From positions 2,339 to 66,338 of the forward strand of contig CALCNX010000034.1 in assembly GCA_937899715.1 (NCBI GenBank): a stretch of DNA of 64,000 nucleotides, in the 5' to 3' direction. Made by a program: the position numbers and the translations under genes. The DNA comes from an uncultured bacterium. Lineage in GTDB: Bacteria; Bacteroidota; Ignavibacteria; Kapaibacteriales; UBA4661. This document shows positions 38,429 through 48,221 of this stretch, in pieces. Under the pieces are notes generated by a model. The model had not been told where the DNA came from. It worked only from the letters and a program-made list of their open reading frames with translations, and searched no databases. Each line of letters opens with the position of its first letter. Position 1 is the stretch's first letter.

Positions 38429-39061
38429 TTAGTGCTTTTGAGCAGATGTTTGGTTATCGGAGGAATTTTTCATACTAATAGCTTTCATGCTGATAGCTTT
38501 CATGCTATCGGTGAGCATATTCCAGTCTTGGAACGGTCGGCGGTCTATGCGTTCAAATCGGATATTGCCTGCGGTGTCAATCAAAAACATTCCATGTCGC
38601 TCGGTGTTCAGAGTGCGGCGATAGCAGTCAAGTGCTTCCATAGCGGCATGGTCGTTATCAGAAAAAAGCTCTATGGCAAAAGAGCCGCCCGGCTGAATAA
38701 AACTACTATCCAAATTTGGCTTTTCCAGTGCCTCACGGTTGTCTTCCGGCGCGTCATTGCTGAGTCCTACCACGTTCCAGCCATAACTTTTGAAGCGATA
38801 AGCGTGCTGCGAAAGTTGTTTCATGGACATAACACACATCGGGCAGCCAACGCCCAAATAGACGGACAAGAGTACAGGTGATTGCTTGTACAGTGCCGAA
38901 AGGCGCACTGTGTCACCCTTGACCGTGCGAATAAGTACATCAGGAACACGCTTGTATGCTTGTGTTGGTGCTTCTTTGGTGCAGCCCCAAGAAAGAATTG
39001 CCGCCAGACAAATGATGCCGATAAGCCGCAGGTAGCGCACAAAATCAAGCGATTCAATCAT
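38429..39061 (-). CDS. thioredoxin-fold (AhpC/TSA/TlpA-like) lipoprotein with CXXC motif
   Basis: Lipobox-like ILSWGC. VLLSVYLGVGCPMCVMSMKQL redoxin motif. Lies directly upstream of the monooxygenase-like gene on the same strand. Confidence 0.7.
   Translation of the reverse strand: MIESLDFVRYLRLIGIICLAAILSWGCTKEAPTQAYKRVPDVLIRTVKGDTVRLSALYKQSPVLLSVYLGVGCPMCVMSMKQLSQHAYRFKSYGWNVVGLSNDAPEDNREALEKPNLDSSFIQPGGSFAIELFSDNDHAAMEALDCYRRTLNTERHGMFLIDTAGNIRFERIDRRPFQDWNMLTDSMKAISMKAISMKNSSDNQTSAQKH
38478..38507. repeat. in-frame 15-bp tandem duplication at the 3' end of the redoxin gene
   Basis: ATAGCTTTCATGCTG (38478-38492) and ATAGCTTTCATGCTA (38493-38507), with a degenerate third copy just upstream. 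Encodes SMKAISMKAISMK. Confidence 0.9.
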
Positions 39062-39085
39062 GGTAAGTACCTTAATATTGAAGCA

Positions 39086-39472
39086 TCAACATTCAATTTG
39101 TGTTCGGAGCATGATTTCTTCCAGCACATTACTTACTCGCAGACATTCGCTCATATCGCCTTCATAGACCATTGCTTTTCCGGCGTTATGAACTTCCCAC
39201 GTCAGATCTTCCGCTTTGTCGTAGTTGCATCCAGTGGCTTTGATGATTTGCTCGATGACTTCATCGAAGCTGTGCCATTCATCATTAAACAAAATCACAC
39301 GGCTGCTGAGTTTCGTTACGACTTCTTCGTCCAATTCCGGCAAATCTAATTCCGCCGGAGCATTGGAAAATGGTGTGCTGTGCGAAATAGAATGTAGTGT
39401 GGAATACGGTGCGATGAGACTGCGTTTGCAAACGTCATCCTCAGTCAAATATGGCGTTTGTGCGGTATTCAT
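39086..39472 (-). CDS. clpS: ATP-dependent Clp protease adaptor ClpS
   Basis: Core [44 protein letters not shown] matches the ClpS pattern (hhhxNDxxxxxxxV...A...EVH..G.A.V). Start set at ATG ending 39472. Confidence 0.75.
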   Translation of the reverse strand: MNTAQTPYLTEDDVCKRSLIAPYSTLHSISHSTPFSNAPAELDLPELDEEVVTKLSSRVILFNDEWHSFDEVIEQIIKATGCNYDKAEDLTWEVHNAGKAMVYEGDMSECLRVSNVLEEIMLRTQIEC

Positions 39473-39533
39473 GGTATGGTGTTGGAAATTAGACAGTCGT
39501 TGGTGAAAAAATATTCGATGAATCGCCCACAAT

Positions 39534-40502
39534 TTACAAAATCTTACGGATTACTTCCTCAATCGGCACTTCTTCAATCGTAAGGTCGGCAACCTCATGT
39601 GAGTTCAGTATGGATGCCGCAATCGTCGCTATTTCATCGCGTGGCGCTCTAAGTTGTGTCCGCTCCGGCTGCCATTCGGAAATCGTTCCGAAGCCCTCCA
39701 ATGCTGATTTCTCAACGCTATGCCGAAAAACGACCGTAATAATTTTTTCATCCACATATTTTGCCACTAGCTGACGCAAAGCGCCATCGAACATGATTGT
39801 TCCGTCATCAATGACGATTACTCGTTCACAAAGTTCTTCAATGTCGCTCATGTAGTGGCTTGTGAGGATAATTGTGGTTTCGCTGTCGCGGTTGTATTCC
39901 TTGATAAAATCACGAACAGATTGTTGTGCAATCACATCCAGCCCTATCGTCGGTTCATCCAAAAACAGCACTCGTGGTGCATGAAGCAGAGAGCCGATAA
40001 GCTCACATTTCATGCGCTCTCCGAGCGAGAGACGGCGCACCTGTACGTGCAGTTTGTCCGTGATAGCGAGACGTTCCGCAAGGTCACCAAGACGCTTGCG
40101 GTAGTCGGCTTCGGGAATACGATAAATTTCTTTATTCAGCAAAAAAGCATCTGCTGCCGGTAAATCCCACCAAAGCTGGTTTCGCTGTCCCATCACAATC
40201 GCAAAGCGGCGTTTGAACTCGTTTTCGCGCTTCCACGGCATGAAGCCCATCACGTGCGCTTCGCCGCTTGTGGGCTGGAGTAAGCCGGAGAGCATTTTGA
40301 GCGTGGTTGTCTTGCCAGCACCATTTGCACCCAACATTCCGACGAGTTCGCCTTGCGCAATATCGAAAGAAATGCTGTCCACAGCTCGGCGATCCTTATA
40401 TTCACGCTTGAAAAACGACTTCAGCGAACCAGCCAAGCCTTCTTGCTTGACGTGGCTGCGGTAGATTTTCGTGAGATTGCGAACTTCGATGGAGTTGGGC
40501 AT
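39534..40502 (-). CDS. ABC transporter ATP-binding protein (ABC-2 type)
   Basis: Walker [10 protein letters not shown], signature LSLGERMK, Walker [13 protein letters not shown]. Start set at ATG ending 40502. No permease gene adjacent. Confidence 0.85.
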   Translation of the reverse strand: MPNSIEVRNLTKIYRSHVKQEGLAGSLKSFFKREYKDRRAVDSISFDIAQGELVGMLGANGAGKTTTLKMLSGLLQPTSGEAHVMGFMPWKRENEFKRRFAIVMGQRNQLWWDLPAADAFLLNKEIYRIPEADYRKRLGDLAERLAITDKLHVQVRRLSLGERMKCELIGSLLHAPRVLFLDEPTIGLDVIAQQSVRDFIKEYNRDSETTIILTSHYMSDIEELCERVIVIDDGTIMFDGALRQLVAKYVDEKIITVVFRHSVEKSALEGFGTISEWQPERTQLRAPRDEIATIAASILNSHEVADLTIEEVPIEEVIRKIL

Positions 40503-40590
40503 TTTTTCTGTGCTTTCGTAAAGGAACACGGATTTATGGGATTGCAAGATAAAGAGAATGTATTCCGAGCGTACTTCTCTACAATCCCTA

Positions 40591-41601
40591 TCACGCATCC
40601 AGCAAAATTTCCGTGCGTTCCCGTGCAGAAACGTAGAGCGCATCAATCACGCGCATACGGTGAACTGCCTCTGCGGGTGTGGAAGCAACCGGAACAAGAC
40701 CTTGCACCGCGTTGACGAAATGCTGAAGTTCGTTTTGGTACGATTTCTGGTAGAGCGATGTTTTTGAGCGAGTCGTATCCGGTGATTCGGCGCTGATGAA
40801 TTCGTTTCCTTTGCGGCGAATGATTTTGAGCGGGTTGATAAAAGCACTACCTTTATCGGCAAAGAAGTTGCAGTAGTAGAGTTCTTCGGGGCGCTGGAGT
40901 GTCCAGCTTGTTTCAAAAATCGCAACTGTGTCATCGGCAAAGTTGAGAAAACCCGTTACGAAATCTTCTACATTTTTGGTTTGGTGCTTTTGCATGACGG
41001 CTCTCACAGAATGGACTTTGGGGAAGTTCGTGAGCCAAAGCATGAGGTCTATAAGTACAATGCCCAAATCCAGCATTACGCCGCCGCCGGAGCGGTCTGC
41101 CTGAGCAAGCCATTTTTGTTCGCTAGAGCGTTGTTTGAGCCAGCCGGATTTGATGTAGTGAAATTTTCCCAATTCGCCACGTTCAATAATGCTTTTAAGT
41201 GTGATAGTGTCAGGGCGGAAGCGGTGATTCATTGCCACCATGACTTTTCGTTCGTGGCGTTTTGCCGTTTCGTCTATCATAGCGGCTTCCTGCCACGAGC
41301 GGGCAAGAGGCTTCTCGATGAGAGCGTCTTTGCCTGCTTCAATACATTGCACGGCGACTTCGTAGTGCGCATCGGTACTCGTGCAGATGTCCACTGCATC
41401 AATGCCGTCAATTTTCAAGAGGTCACTGACTTCTTGAGTAATATGAGGAATTTTGTATCTTTCCGCCAGCAACTTTGCTTTTGATTTATTGCGGTCGCAC
41501 AAGGCAACAACCTCCACTCCCGGGAGCTTACTCAGAATAGGAAGGTGAATACTTTGCGCAATATTTCCTGCGCCGATAAGGGCTATTCGTACTTTGTTCA
41601 T
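40591..41601 (-). CDS. Gfo/Idh/MocA-family oxidoreductase
   Basis: N-terminal VRIALIGAGNIAQSIHLP Rossmann motif plus the EKPLA motif. Start set at ATG ending 41601. Confidence 0.8.
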   Translation of the reverse strand: MNKVRIALIGAGNIAQSIHLPILSKLPGVEVVALCDRNKSKAKLLAERYKIPHITQEVSDLLKIDGIDAVDICTSTDAHYEVAVQCIEAGKDALIEKPLARSWQEAAMIDETAKRHERKVMVAMNHRFRPDTITLKSIIERGELGKFHYIKSGWLKQRSSEQKWLAQADRSGGGVMLDLGIVLIDLMLWLTNFPKVHSVRAVMQKHQTKNVEDFVTGFLNFADDTVAIFETSWTLQRPEELYYCNFFADKGSAFINPLKIIRRKGNEFISAESPDTTRSKTSLYQKSYQNELQHFVNAVQGLVPVASTPAEAVHRMRVIDALYVSARERTEILLDA

Positions 41602-41737
41602 AGTCAAAAGCGTTCTTGCATCAAATTGTTTTGGGTTAGACTGCAAAAATAGAGAAAAATCCTTGTTTGCGCTAGTCCGAACTATTAGATTGCAGTGCTA
41701 ATTTACCGTTTTTCTTATCCGTTGTTCAATTGCAGCA

Positions 41738-42046
41738 ATGACACTACCCGATGACCCGATAATATTGGAGCTTTTGCCGGAATTTGTTTCGGATTGGCTC
41801 AAGCAGCTTGATGCAGAATTCAACGAAATTATCGACAAAAAAGACGAACAGCGTCTCTATCGGCTTGGGCACACGCTGAAAGGCTCGTGCTTGCAGTTCG
41901 GTCTGGAAGACCCCGCAAGACTGGGTATTACGCTCATGGAACACTCAAAAGTTCAAAACTGGGATGCTGCTCGTTCCCTGTATGAGCCAATGCGTGCTTA
42001 TTTTGTCGAGGCGCAGAAAATGCTTCATGCAAAGGGCTTGAAATAA
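41738..42046 (+). CDS. stand-alone Hpt (histidine phosphotransfer) domain protein
   Basis: 102 aa with the Hpt signature GHTLKGSCLQFG. Confidence 0.7.
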   Translation: MTLPDDPIILELLPEFVSDWLKQLDAEFNEIIDKKDEQRLYRLGHTLKGSCLQFGLEDPARLGITLMEHSKVQNWDAARSLYEPMRAYFVEAQKMLHAKGLK

Positions 42047-42067
42047 CCTTTTACTACGGTAACATCT

Positions 42068-42790
42068 ATGATTTCAAAACTGGCAGTGGTTGAAACAAAC
42101 ACTATCGGCGAAAATACGCGCATTGCTGAATTTGCAGTGATACGCGCTGGAGCGCGGATTGGTGCTAATGTGGTTATTCATCCGCACGTCGTTATTGGCG
42201 ATGGCGTAGAAATTGGCGATGGCGTGGAGATTTTTCCGGGAGCAGTCGTTGGCAAAGAGCCAAAAGGTGCCGGAGCGCTTTCGCGTACACCTGTCTTTGA
42301 GCGCGTTGTGCGTATTGGTAATAACTCCTCGATTGGACCTCACGCCGTAATTTACTACGACGTACGCATTGGTGAAAACTCGCTCATCGGCGATGGCGCT
42401 TCCATACGCGAGCAATGTACGATTGGCAATAAAACCGTTATCGGGCGGCAAGTGACGATAAACTACAACGTCCGCATTGGGCACGGCGTGAAAATTATGG
42501 ATAACTCGTGGATGGCGGGCAATATGGATATCCGTGACGGGGCATTTATTTCCGGCGGTGTCTTTACATCCAATGACAACGACATCGGGCAGCATGGTTA
42601 CAGTGATGCCCATGTGGTCGGTCCCACCATCGAAGAAGGCGCAATGATTGGCGTTGGCGCGAAACTTTTGCCTAATATCGTCATTGGCAAGAATGCTGTT
42701 GTGGGTGCGGGTGCTGTTGTTACCAAAAGCGTAGAAGCAGGAACAGTTGTGATGGGCGTTCCGGCAAAAGTGGTACAGCGAAAAGGATAA
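42068..42790 (+). CDS. hexapeptide-repeat (left-handed beta-helix) acyl/acetyltransferase
   Basis: Repeated [LIV]G-x4 hexapeptides throughout (IGANVVIHPHVVIGDGVEIGDGVEIFPGAVVG...). Confidence 0.75.
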   Translation: MISKLAVVETNTIGENTRIAEFAVIRAGARIGANVVIHPHVVIGDGVEIGDGVEIFPGAVVGKEPKGAGALSRTPVFERVVRIGNNSSIGPHAVIYYDVRIGENSLIGDGASIREQCTIGNKTVIGRQVTINYNVRIGHGVKIMDNSWMAGNMDIRDGAFISGGVFTSNDNDIGQHGYSDAHVVGPTIEEGAMIGVGAKLLPNIVIGKNAVVGAGAVVTKSVEAGTVVMGVPAKVVQRKG

Positions 42791-42870
42791 AAACGCCGAG
42801 AGAAGTAATGCGTCTTGAATTCAAGGAACTCAAGCGCTTTTTAGTTTAGTACTCCAAGCCGAAATCTTCC

Positions 42871-43287
42871 ATGAAAACAAGTCTTGCAGACGCTCGCATT
42901 ATCAATCTTCCCAAAATATCCGACCCGCGCGGCAACCTGACCTTCATTGAAGGCAACGGGCGGCATATTCCTTTCGACATCAAGCGAGCATACTGGATTT
43001 ATGACGTTCCGGGCGGTGAGAAGCGCGGTGGTCATGCCTATCGCACCAATGAAGAATTTATTATCGCGCTTTCGGGTAGTTTCGACGTGGTGCTGGATGA
43101 TGGTACGCAGCGTCAGACCTATTCTCTCAATCGCTCATATTTTGGTCTGTACGTGCCGAGTATGGTTTGGCGGCAGTTGGAGAATTTCTCCACCAATGGC
43201 GTGACGCTTATTCTTGCCTCTACGCAATATGCGCCCGAAGATTATATCCGCGACTATGACGACTTTGTGAAAGGGAAAACCGAATGA
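42871..43287 (+). CDS. FdtA/QdtA-type sugar 3,4-ketoisomerase-like cupin, copy 1
   Basis: DPRGNLTFIE...IPFDIKRAYWIYDVPGGEKRGGHAY...YIRDYDDF, closely following the FdtA/WxcM-type pattern. Confidence 0.75.
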   Translation: MKTSLADARIINLPKISDPRGNLTFIEGNGRHIPFDIKRAYWIYDVPGGEKRGGHAYRTNEEFIIALSGSFDVVLDDGTQRQTYSLNRSYFGLYVPSMVWRQLENFSTNGVTLILASTQYAPEDYIRDYDDFVKGKTE

Positions 43288-43742
43288 GCGCTTCGACCAA
43301 AACCGCCACTATCCGCGATTGCAAAATCGTTGACTTGCCGCGCAATTTCTACCGCGAAGGCAATCTTACCCCTATCAATGGTGGCATAGAAATTCCGTTT
43401 GATATTAAGCGTACCTTTTATATCTACGATATTCCGGGGGGCGAAAGCCGTGGGGCGCACGCGCACTACGCTTGCCAGCAGTTTATCGTGTGCATGATTG
43501 GTGGCTTCGACGTAGCGGTGGACGATGGTTCAAACCGCGACACAATCCATCTAAACCGCTCTTACAAGGGGTTGTATATTCCGCCTATGATTTGGGCTTC
43601 AGAAATAAATTTCACGGCAGGTTCTGTCTGTGCCGTCTTTGCATCGCATATCTATGACGAGGCTGACTATATTCGGGATTATCGTACTTTTTTGGAAGCC
43701 GTTAACTCGCCCCTCCTGCAAAATAGTCTCGATGCACGCTAA
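43284..43742 (+). CDS. FdtA/QdtA-type sugar 3,4-ketoisomerase-like cupin, copy 2
   Basis: ATGA overlap with copy 1. EGNLTPIN...IPFDIKRTFYIYDIPGGESRGAHAH...YIRDYRTF. Confidence 0.75.
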   Translation: MSASTKTATIRDCKIVDLPRNFYREGNLTPINGGIEIPFDIKRTFYIYDIPGGESRGAHAHYACQQFIVCMIGGFDVAVDDGSNRDTIHLNRSYKGLYIPPMIWASEINFTAGSVCAVFASHIYDEADYIRDYRTFLEAVNSPLLQNSLDAR

Positions 43743-43943
43743 GAATTCTATCCCATGCAGCCTCACTTCTCGCTGATTGCTTCACAGGCAATGAACTTTT
43801 TTGTGGGAAAAAACAGAAGCAGTTTGTAATTTCTCATTCTTGTTTTGTTTGCAATAATTTTTGCACAAAAAAGCAAAACGGGTGAACCATGCCGTACACC
43901 ACAACAAATCATGTTTTTCATTTGACGGAGCTGGAGAGCAAGT

Positions 43944-45035
43944 ATGACCGATGAACAAGCGATGCGCCGCGCACTTGACCTTGCAATGAAAGGTACGGGC
44001 ATGGTTAGTCCAAACCCGCGTGTTGGAGCGGTGATTGTCCACAACGGAGAAGTTATCGGCGAGGGCTGGCACCGCGAATTTGGCAGCGCACACGCAGAGG
44101 TAGAAGCCATTCGGAGTGCCGCTCGTGGAGTGGAAGGCGCAACGCTCTATGTGAATCTCGAACCCTGCAATCACTTCGGTAAAACGCCGCCGTGTACGAA
44201 TCTTATTATCGAAAAGAAGTTCAAGCGCGTTGTTATTGGTATGACCGACCCGAATCCCGAAATTGCAGGGCAGGGCATTATACAATTACAAGAAGCCGGA
44301 ATCGAAGTAACAACGGGCGTTCTGGAAGAAGAGGCGCAATGGATTAATCGCTTTTTTACGAAATATATCACGACCGGACAACCATACATTATTGCCAAAG
44401 CCGCACAATCGCTTGACGGCTGTATTGCAACAGTCTATGGACAATCAAAATGGATAACGGGTGAGGAAAGCCGTAAAGCTACTCACGCCATTCGTGCGGA
44501 GGTAGATGCTGTGCTCGTCGGAGCGGTAACAGTTGCAAAAGACGATCCGGAACTGACGGTACGGCACGTGGACGGAAGAAATCCCAAGCGCGTTGTTCTT
44601 GATTCCGACCTGGCTAGCTCTTTGAAATCAAAAGTCTTTAGCGAAGGCGACCGCCATAATACTTTTATCTTTTGCTCGCCCTCAGCAATGGCGAAACAAA
44701 AAGCTACCGCACTCAAAATTAGCGGTGTAAATGTCTTTCCTGCCGGCTCCGGCACAGGGGACTACCTCAGTCTGCGTGCTATCTTGGAGCAGCTTGCTTC
44801 AAAAAATGTAACCTCAATTATGATTGAAGGTGGTGCGCGAGTGTTTTCGTCGTTTGCGCAAGAAAATTTGATTGATGAATTACATCTTTTTATCGCACCA
44901 ATTCTGATGGGAAGCGGCTTGCACACGTTCTCATCGCTTTCTACCCCGTCCTTGCAAATTGCCAAAAAGTTTACCTTCAAAAGCCTTACGCCTTGCGGCA
45001 TTGATATGCACGCCGTGGCAGTACGGCGACAGTAA
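43944..45035 (+). CDS. ribD: bifunctional riboflavin biosynthesis deaminase/reductase
   Basis: CMP/dCMP deaminase zinc motif HAEVEA...LEPCNHFGKTPPC, followed by a reductase domain, 363 aa. Confidence 0.92.
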   Translation: MTDEQAMRRALDLAMKGTGMVSPNPRVGAVIVHNGEVIGEGWHREFGSAHAEVEAIRSAARGVEGATLYVNLEPCNHFGKTPPCTNLIIEKKFKRVVIGMTDPNPEIAGQGIIQLQEAGIEVTTGVLEEEAQWINRFFTKYITTGQPYIIAKAAQSLDGCIATVYGQSKWITGEESRKATHAIRAEVDAVLVGAVTVAKDDPELTVRHVDGRNPKRVVLDSDLASSLKSKVFSEGDRHNTFIFCSPSAMAKQKATALKISGVNVFPAGSGTGDYLSLRAILEQLASKNVTSIMIEGGARVFSSFAQENLIDELHLFIAPILMGSGLHTFSSLSTPSLQIAKKFTFKSLTPCGIDMHAVAVRRQ

Positions 45036-45092
45036 CCAACAATACCAACAAACGAAAGACATTTCGTCCCACCACTTTTCAATCAACGAATC

Positions 45093-45998
45093 ATGTGTAG
45101 ATTTTTAGCATACTCCGGCGACCGTGTTTTGGCAGAAGATTTATTATACAACCCCAGATTTTCACTTATCGTTGCGCAAAGTATGCAGGCGGAAGAAATG
45201 TCAGTGGCTGTCAACGGAGACGGTTTCGGTATTGCGTGGTATCAGCCGGAGCTGGACGAGCTTCCATGCGTTTTTCGGAGCATTAAGCCCGCTTGGAGCG
45301 ATATGAATTTGAAAAATCTTTCCAAGAAAATCTATTCGCCGCTCTTTATCGCACACGTCCGCGCTGCCTCGCCCGGCTCGTCGGTGGAGGAAGTAAATTC
45401 GCATCCTTTCCAATGCGGCAAACTGGTCTTTATGCACAACGGCATGGTGGGCGAGTTCAACAAAATTCGCCGCCCGCTTCTGCGCCGCTTGAACGACGTA
45501 GCGTATGAGGCTATCATGGGTTCGACCGACTCGGAACATATGTTCGGGCTTTTCCTGAATCATATCGAAGACCCTTTTGGTGATGTTTCGACCGATGAGT
45601 TGACATACGCCATGAACAAAATGCTAGATGATTACTGTGAACTGTATATGGAATGTGGCTTGAAAAAGCACTCCTACCTCAATTTCTGCGTAACAAACGG
45701 TAAAGCAATCGTCGCCACGCGCTACACCACGAATCCGCTTGTGCAGCCCTCGACGCTGTATTATATGTACGGCAGCAAATATCATTGCAATAGTGGAGAA
45801 TGCCAAATGGATCCGGCGGCAGGTGGTCGCCCCGATGCGGTGATTATTGCTTCTGAACCATTCACCACGCGCCGTTCCGACTGGATGAAGGTAGAGCGTA
45901 ATGTGCTGATGATTATTGACGAAAATAAAAATATCAAATTCCAAAGCCTTCGCTTGCCGATTGAGGATTTGGAACAAGAGCCGGCTTATACGCCGTAA
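45093..45998 (+). CDS. class II (Ntn-type) glutamine amidotransferase, EgtC/YafJ-like
   Basis: Begins MCRFLAYSG (nucleophile Cys2). HVRAAS...NSHPF...FMHNG motifs. Confidence 0.75.
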   Translation: MCRFLAYSGDRVLAEDLLYNPRFSLIVAQSMQAEEMSVAVNGDGFGIAWYQPELDELPCVFRSIKPAWSDMNLKNLSKKIYSPLFIAHVRAASPGSSVEEVNSHPFQCGKLVFMHNGMVGEFNKIRRPLLRRLNDVAYEAIMGSTDSEHMFGLFLNHIEDPFGDVSTDELTYAMNKMLDDYCELYMECGLKKHSYLNFCVTNGKAIVATRYTTNPLVQPSTLYYMYGSKYHCNSGECQMDPAAGGRPDAVIIASEPFTTRRSDWMKVERNVLMIIDENKNIKFQSLRLPIEDLEQEPAYTP

Positions 45999-46013
45999 AG
46001 AAGGGAAGAAACA

Positions 46014-46619
46014 ATGAATGCTGTTTTGGAATACGAACTTGCTGAAGTGCAGGAAGAAAACATCAGAACACCTGCACCGAAACCACCCGAAAGCGTTGCG
46101 GAATATCTCGCCATGCCTGAAGGTGCGCCGTATTACCAGTTTATTAACGGAGAAGCAATTGAAATGCCTGCACCAATTCTTTTACATCAGCAAATTATTA
46201 CTAACCTTACCATCTATGTAGGCTTGTTTATCAAACAGCATAAACTTGGTATTCTTTACCCTGCTCCCATAGATGTTTATTTCACGGAAACCGACTATTT
46301 TCAGCCTGACCTTGTGTTTGTCTCAAACGAGCGAAGTGAAATACTTAAGAATCACAAGAACATTAAAGGCGCACCAGACCTTGTTGTCGAAGTTCTTTCG
46401 CCTTCCACTGGCTATTACGACCTTTCGCATAAAAAAACAGTCTATGAACAGGAAGGTGTCCGCGAATACTGGCTTGTGTATCCCGATGAATTACGGATTG
46501 AGGTTTTGCAAAATACCGATGATGGCTTTATTTTGTTGAACCAAGCGCGGAAGACAGGTACGGTGCGCTCCGCAGTTTTAGAAGGCTTTTCACTGGAAAT
46601 TGCAGAAATTTTTGAATAA
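46014..46619 (+). CDS. Uma2-family (DUF820) endonuclease
   Basis: FQPDLVFV...APDLVVEVLSPST...DLSHKKTVYEQEGVREYWLV pattern of PD-(D/E)xK Uma2 proteins. Confidence 0.75.
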   Translation: MNAVLEYELAEVQEENIRTPAPKPPESVAEYLAMPEGAPYYQFINGEAIEMPAPILLHQQIITNLTIYVGLFIKQHKLGILYPAPIDVYFTETDYFQPDLVFVSNERSEILKNHKNIKGAPDLVVEVLSPSTGYYDLSHKKTVYEQEGVREYWLVYPDELRIEVLQNTDDGFILLNQARKTGTVRSAVLEGFSLEIAEIFE

Positions 46620-46667
46620 TGCCGAAATACTCATTTCCTACTATTGTCATGCTGAGAAACCATATTC

Positions 46668-48158
46668 ATGCTACGACTCATTAGTGCAATAGTGCTTTGC
46701 TGCGGTAGTGCTGTGGTTTGCTTGCCACAACAACTTGCTGCACAAACTTCTACGACAACGGCGAATTTTAAGCCCTTGTCGAAGGGAACTGTTTTTTTGT
46801 ATTATCGTAGTTATTCTTCGAGTGATTATGGTGTTGAACATATAGGTCCTGGTCTGTACAGACCCACACAATCTTCCTACTCTTATAACGGGTATTATTA
46901 TAGCAAGGTTATTGGAGACACGCTTATAGCAGGACAGAAGTATGGAATTGTGTACTCTCCAAAGCAATTTGTTGATAATACTGGTGAACATTCTCCAACG
47001 ATCGAGTTTGTTTTAGAACGTTCTACGCCTACGAGCATTTACCAATATAAATCTAATAACGATGAATTGATATTTGATACGTCAGCAATGATGTATCCAT
47101 TGATATTTGAAGCATCCTCTGTGTCCTATCCATCGCCTTTGCCGGCAGGCGATTGTAGCGTTAATAGAACCGATAACACTATCAATTTTGCTTGTCAATA
47201 TTCGATTTCTCTTAATGATGCGATTCGTAACCAGACCACACAAACTAAGTCTGCGTCCTTCAAAAGCGGATATGGACTTTATCAACAAAGTTATGTGTAT
47301 TCTTGGGTTAAAATTGATTGGTTAGGAGGGTCTACCGTTGGTTTTGGTAGCAATGTTGAAGATCGGCTTCAATTTGTTGGTGCAATAAGTGATGGCAAAG
47401 TGTTAGGAGATAGCTTGATATTAGTTCTAAATACTGACAGCAATGTATTTGCAAAGGTAAATTTGTCTCTACCGCCAAACACGAGTACAACCGCTGGACA
47501 AGTTATTGAAATACCAATTACTCTTTCTGGATGGAAGAGATTTATTGAACTCACGGGTGTCAAAGCAAATTTATTGACAACGACGCTTTCTTTTAATGCT
47601 TCAATGCTAGAGCCTGTCGAAAACACACCAGTCGGCAGCGTTGCTAATGGCATACGCCGCATACCGCTATCATTTAATGTGAACCCTCAAAATGATAGTG
47701 CTATCGTCAGTTTACGCTTTAGGGTAGCAATTGGAAATAGTTCTCAAACCGACTTGGTTTTAGATACATTGCGTTCATCAAATAATGCTACTATTCGGCA
47801 AAAAACAACTAATGGTTCTTTCAAGCTACAAGGACTAAACTACGCTGGTAAATCGCCAGCACTTTTCTTTTCCCGTAAAGCTGCCGTAGCCTTGTCTGTA
47901 AAGCCAAATCCCGTTGCAGATAATTTGAATATTTCGTTTGTGCTTGACAAAGCCTCTGCAGTGGAACTTGTGCTGACAAGCGCCGACGGGCGACGTATTG
48001 CGAGCATGACAAGCAATATCCCAAGCGATGGTCTGCAGGAAGTCGTTTGGAATGCCAAAACGCAGAACGGAGGCACAATTTCTTCCGGCACATATTTTCT
48101 GCAACTGTTTGTTGACGGTCATTGCGCTGCGGAAACCTCGCTCATAAAAACGCGATAA
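46668..48158 (+). CDS. secreted protein with T9SS C-terminal sorting domain (AT-rich gene)
   Basis: Signal peptide. C-terminal LSVKPNPVADNLNISF...GTYFLQLFVDG resembles the T9SS type A sorting domain. Confidence 0.65.
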   Translation: MLRLISAIVLCCGSAVVCLPQQLAAQTSTTTANFKPLSKGTVFLYYRSYSSSDYGVEHIGPGLYRPTQSSYSYNGYYYSKVIGDTLIAGQKYGIVYSPKQFVDNTGEHSPTIEFVLERSTPTSIYQYKSNNDELIFDTSAMMYPLIFEASSVSYPSPLPAGDCSVNRTDNTINFACQYSISLNDAIRNQTTQTKSASFKSGYGLYQQSYVYSWVKIDWLGGSTVGFGSNVEDRLQFVGAISDGKVLGDSLILVLNTDSNVFAKVNLSLPPNTSTTAGQVIEIPITLSGWKRFIELTGVKANLLTTTLSFNASMLEPVENTPVGSVANGIRRIPLSFNVNPQNDSAIVSLRFRVAIGNSSQTDLVLDTLRSSNNATIRQKTTNGSFKLQGLNYAGKSPALFFSRKAAVALSVKPNPVADNLNISFVLDKASAVELVLTSADGRRIASMTSNIPSDGLQEVVWNAKTQNGGTISSGTYFLQLFVDGHCAAETSLIKTR

Positions 48159-48221
48159 AATTTAGAAACATCATACATTGAATAAAAATTGTTGAATAAA
48201 CGTTAACTTCCCCCAAACCGC

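Noticed and set aside
43743-43943. Possible FMN (RFN) riboswitch upstream of ribD
   Set aside because: I looked for the conserved RFN core segments (GGGGCAGGGTGAAATTCC-type and GGATGGG-type elements) and found none. The region only has weak AT-rich hairpins.
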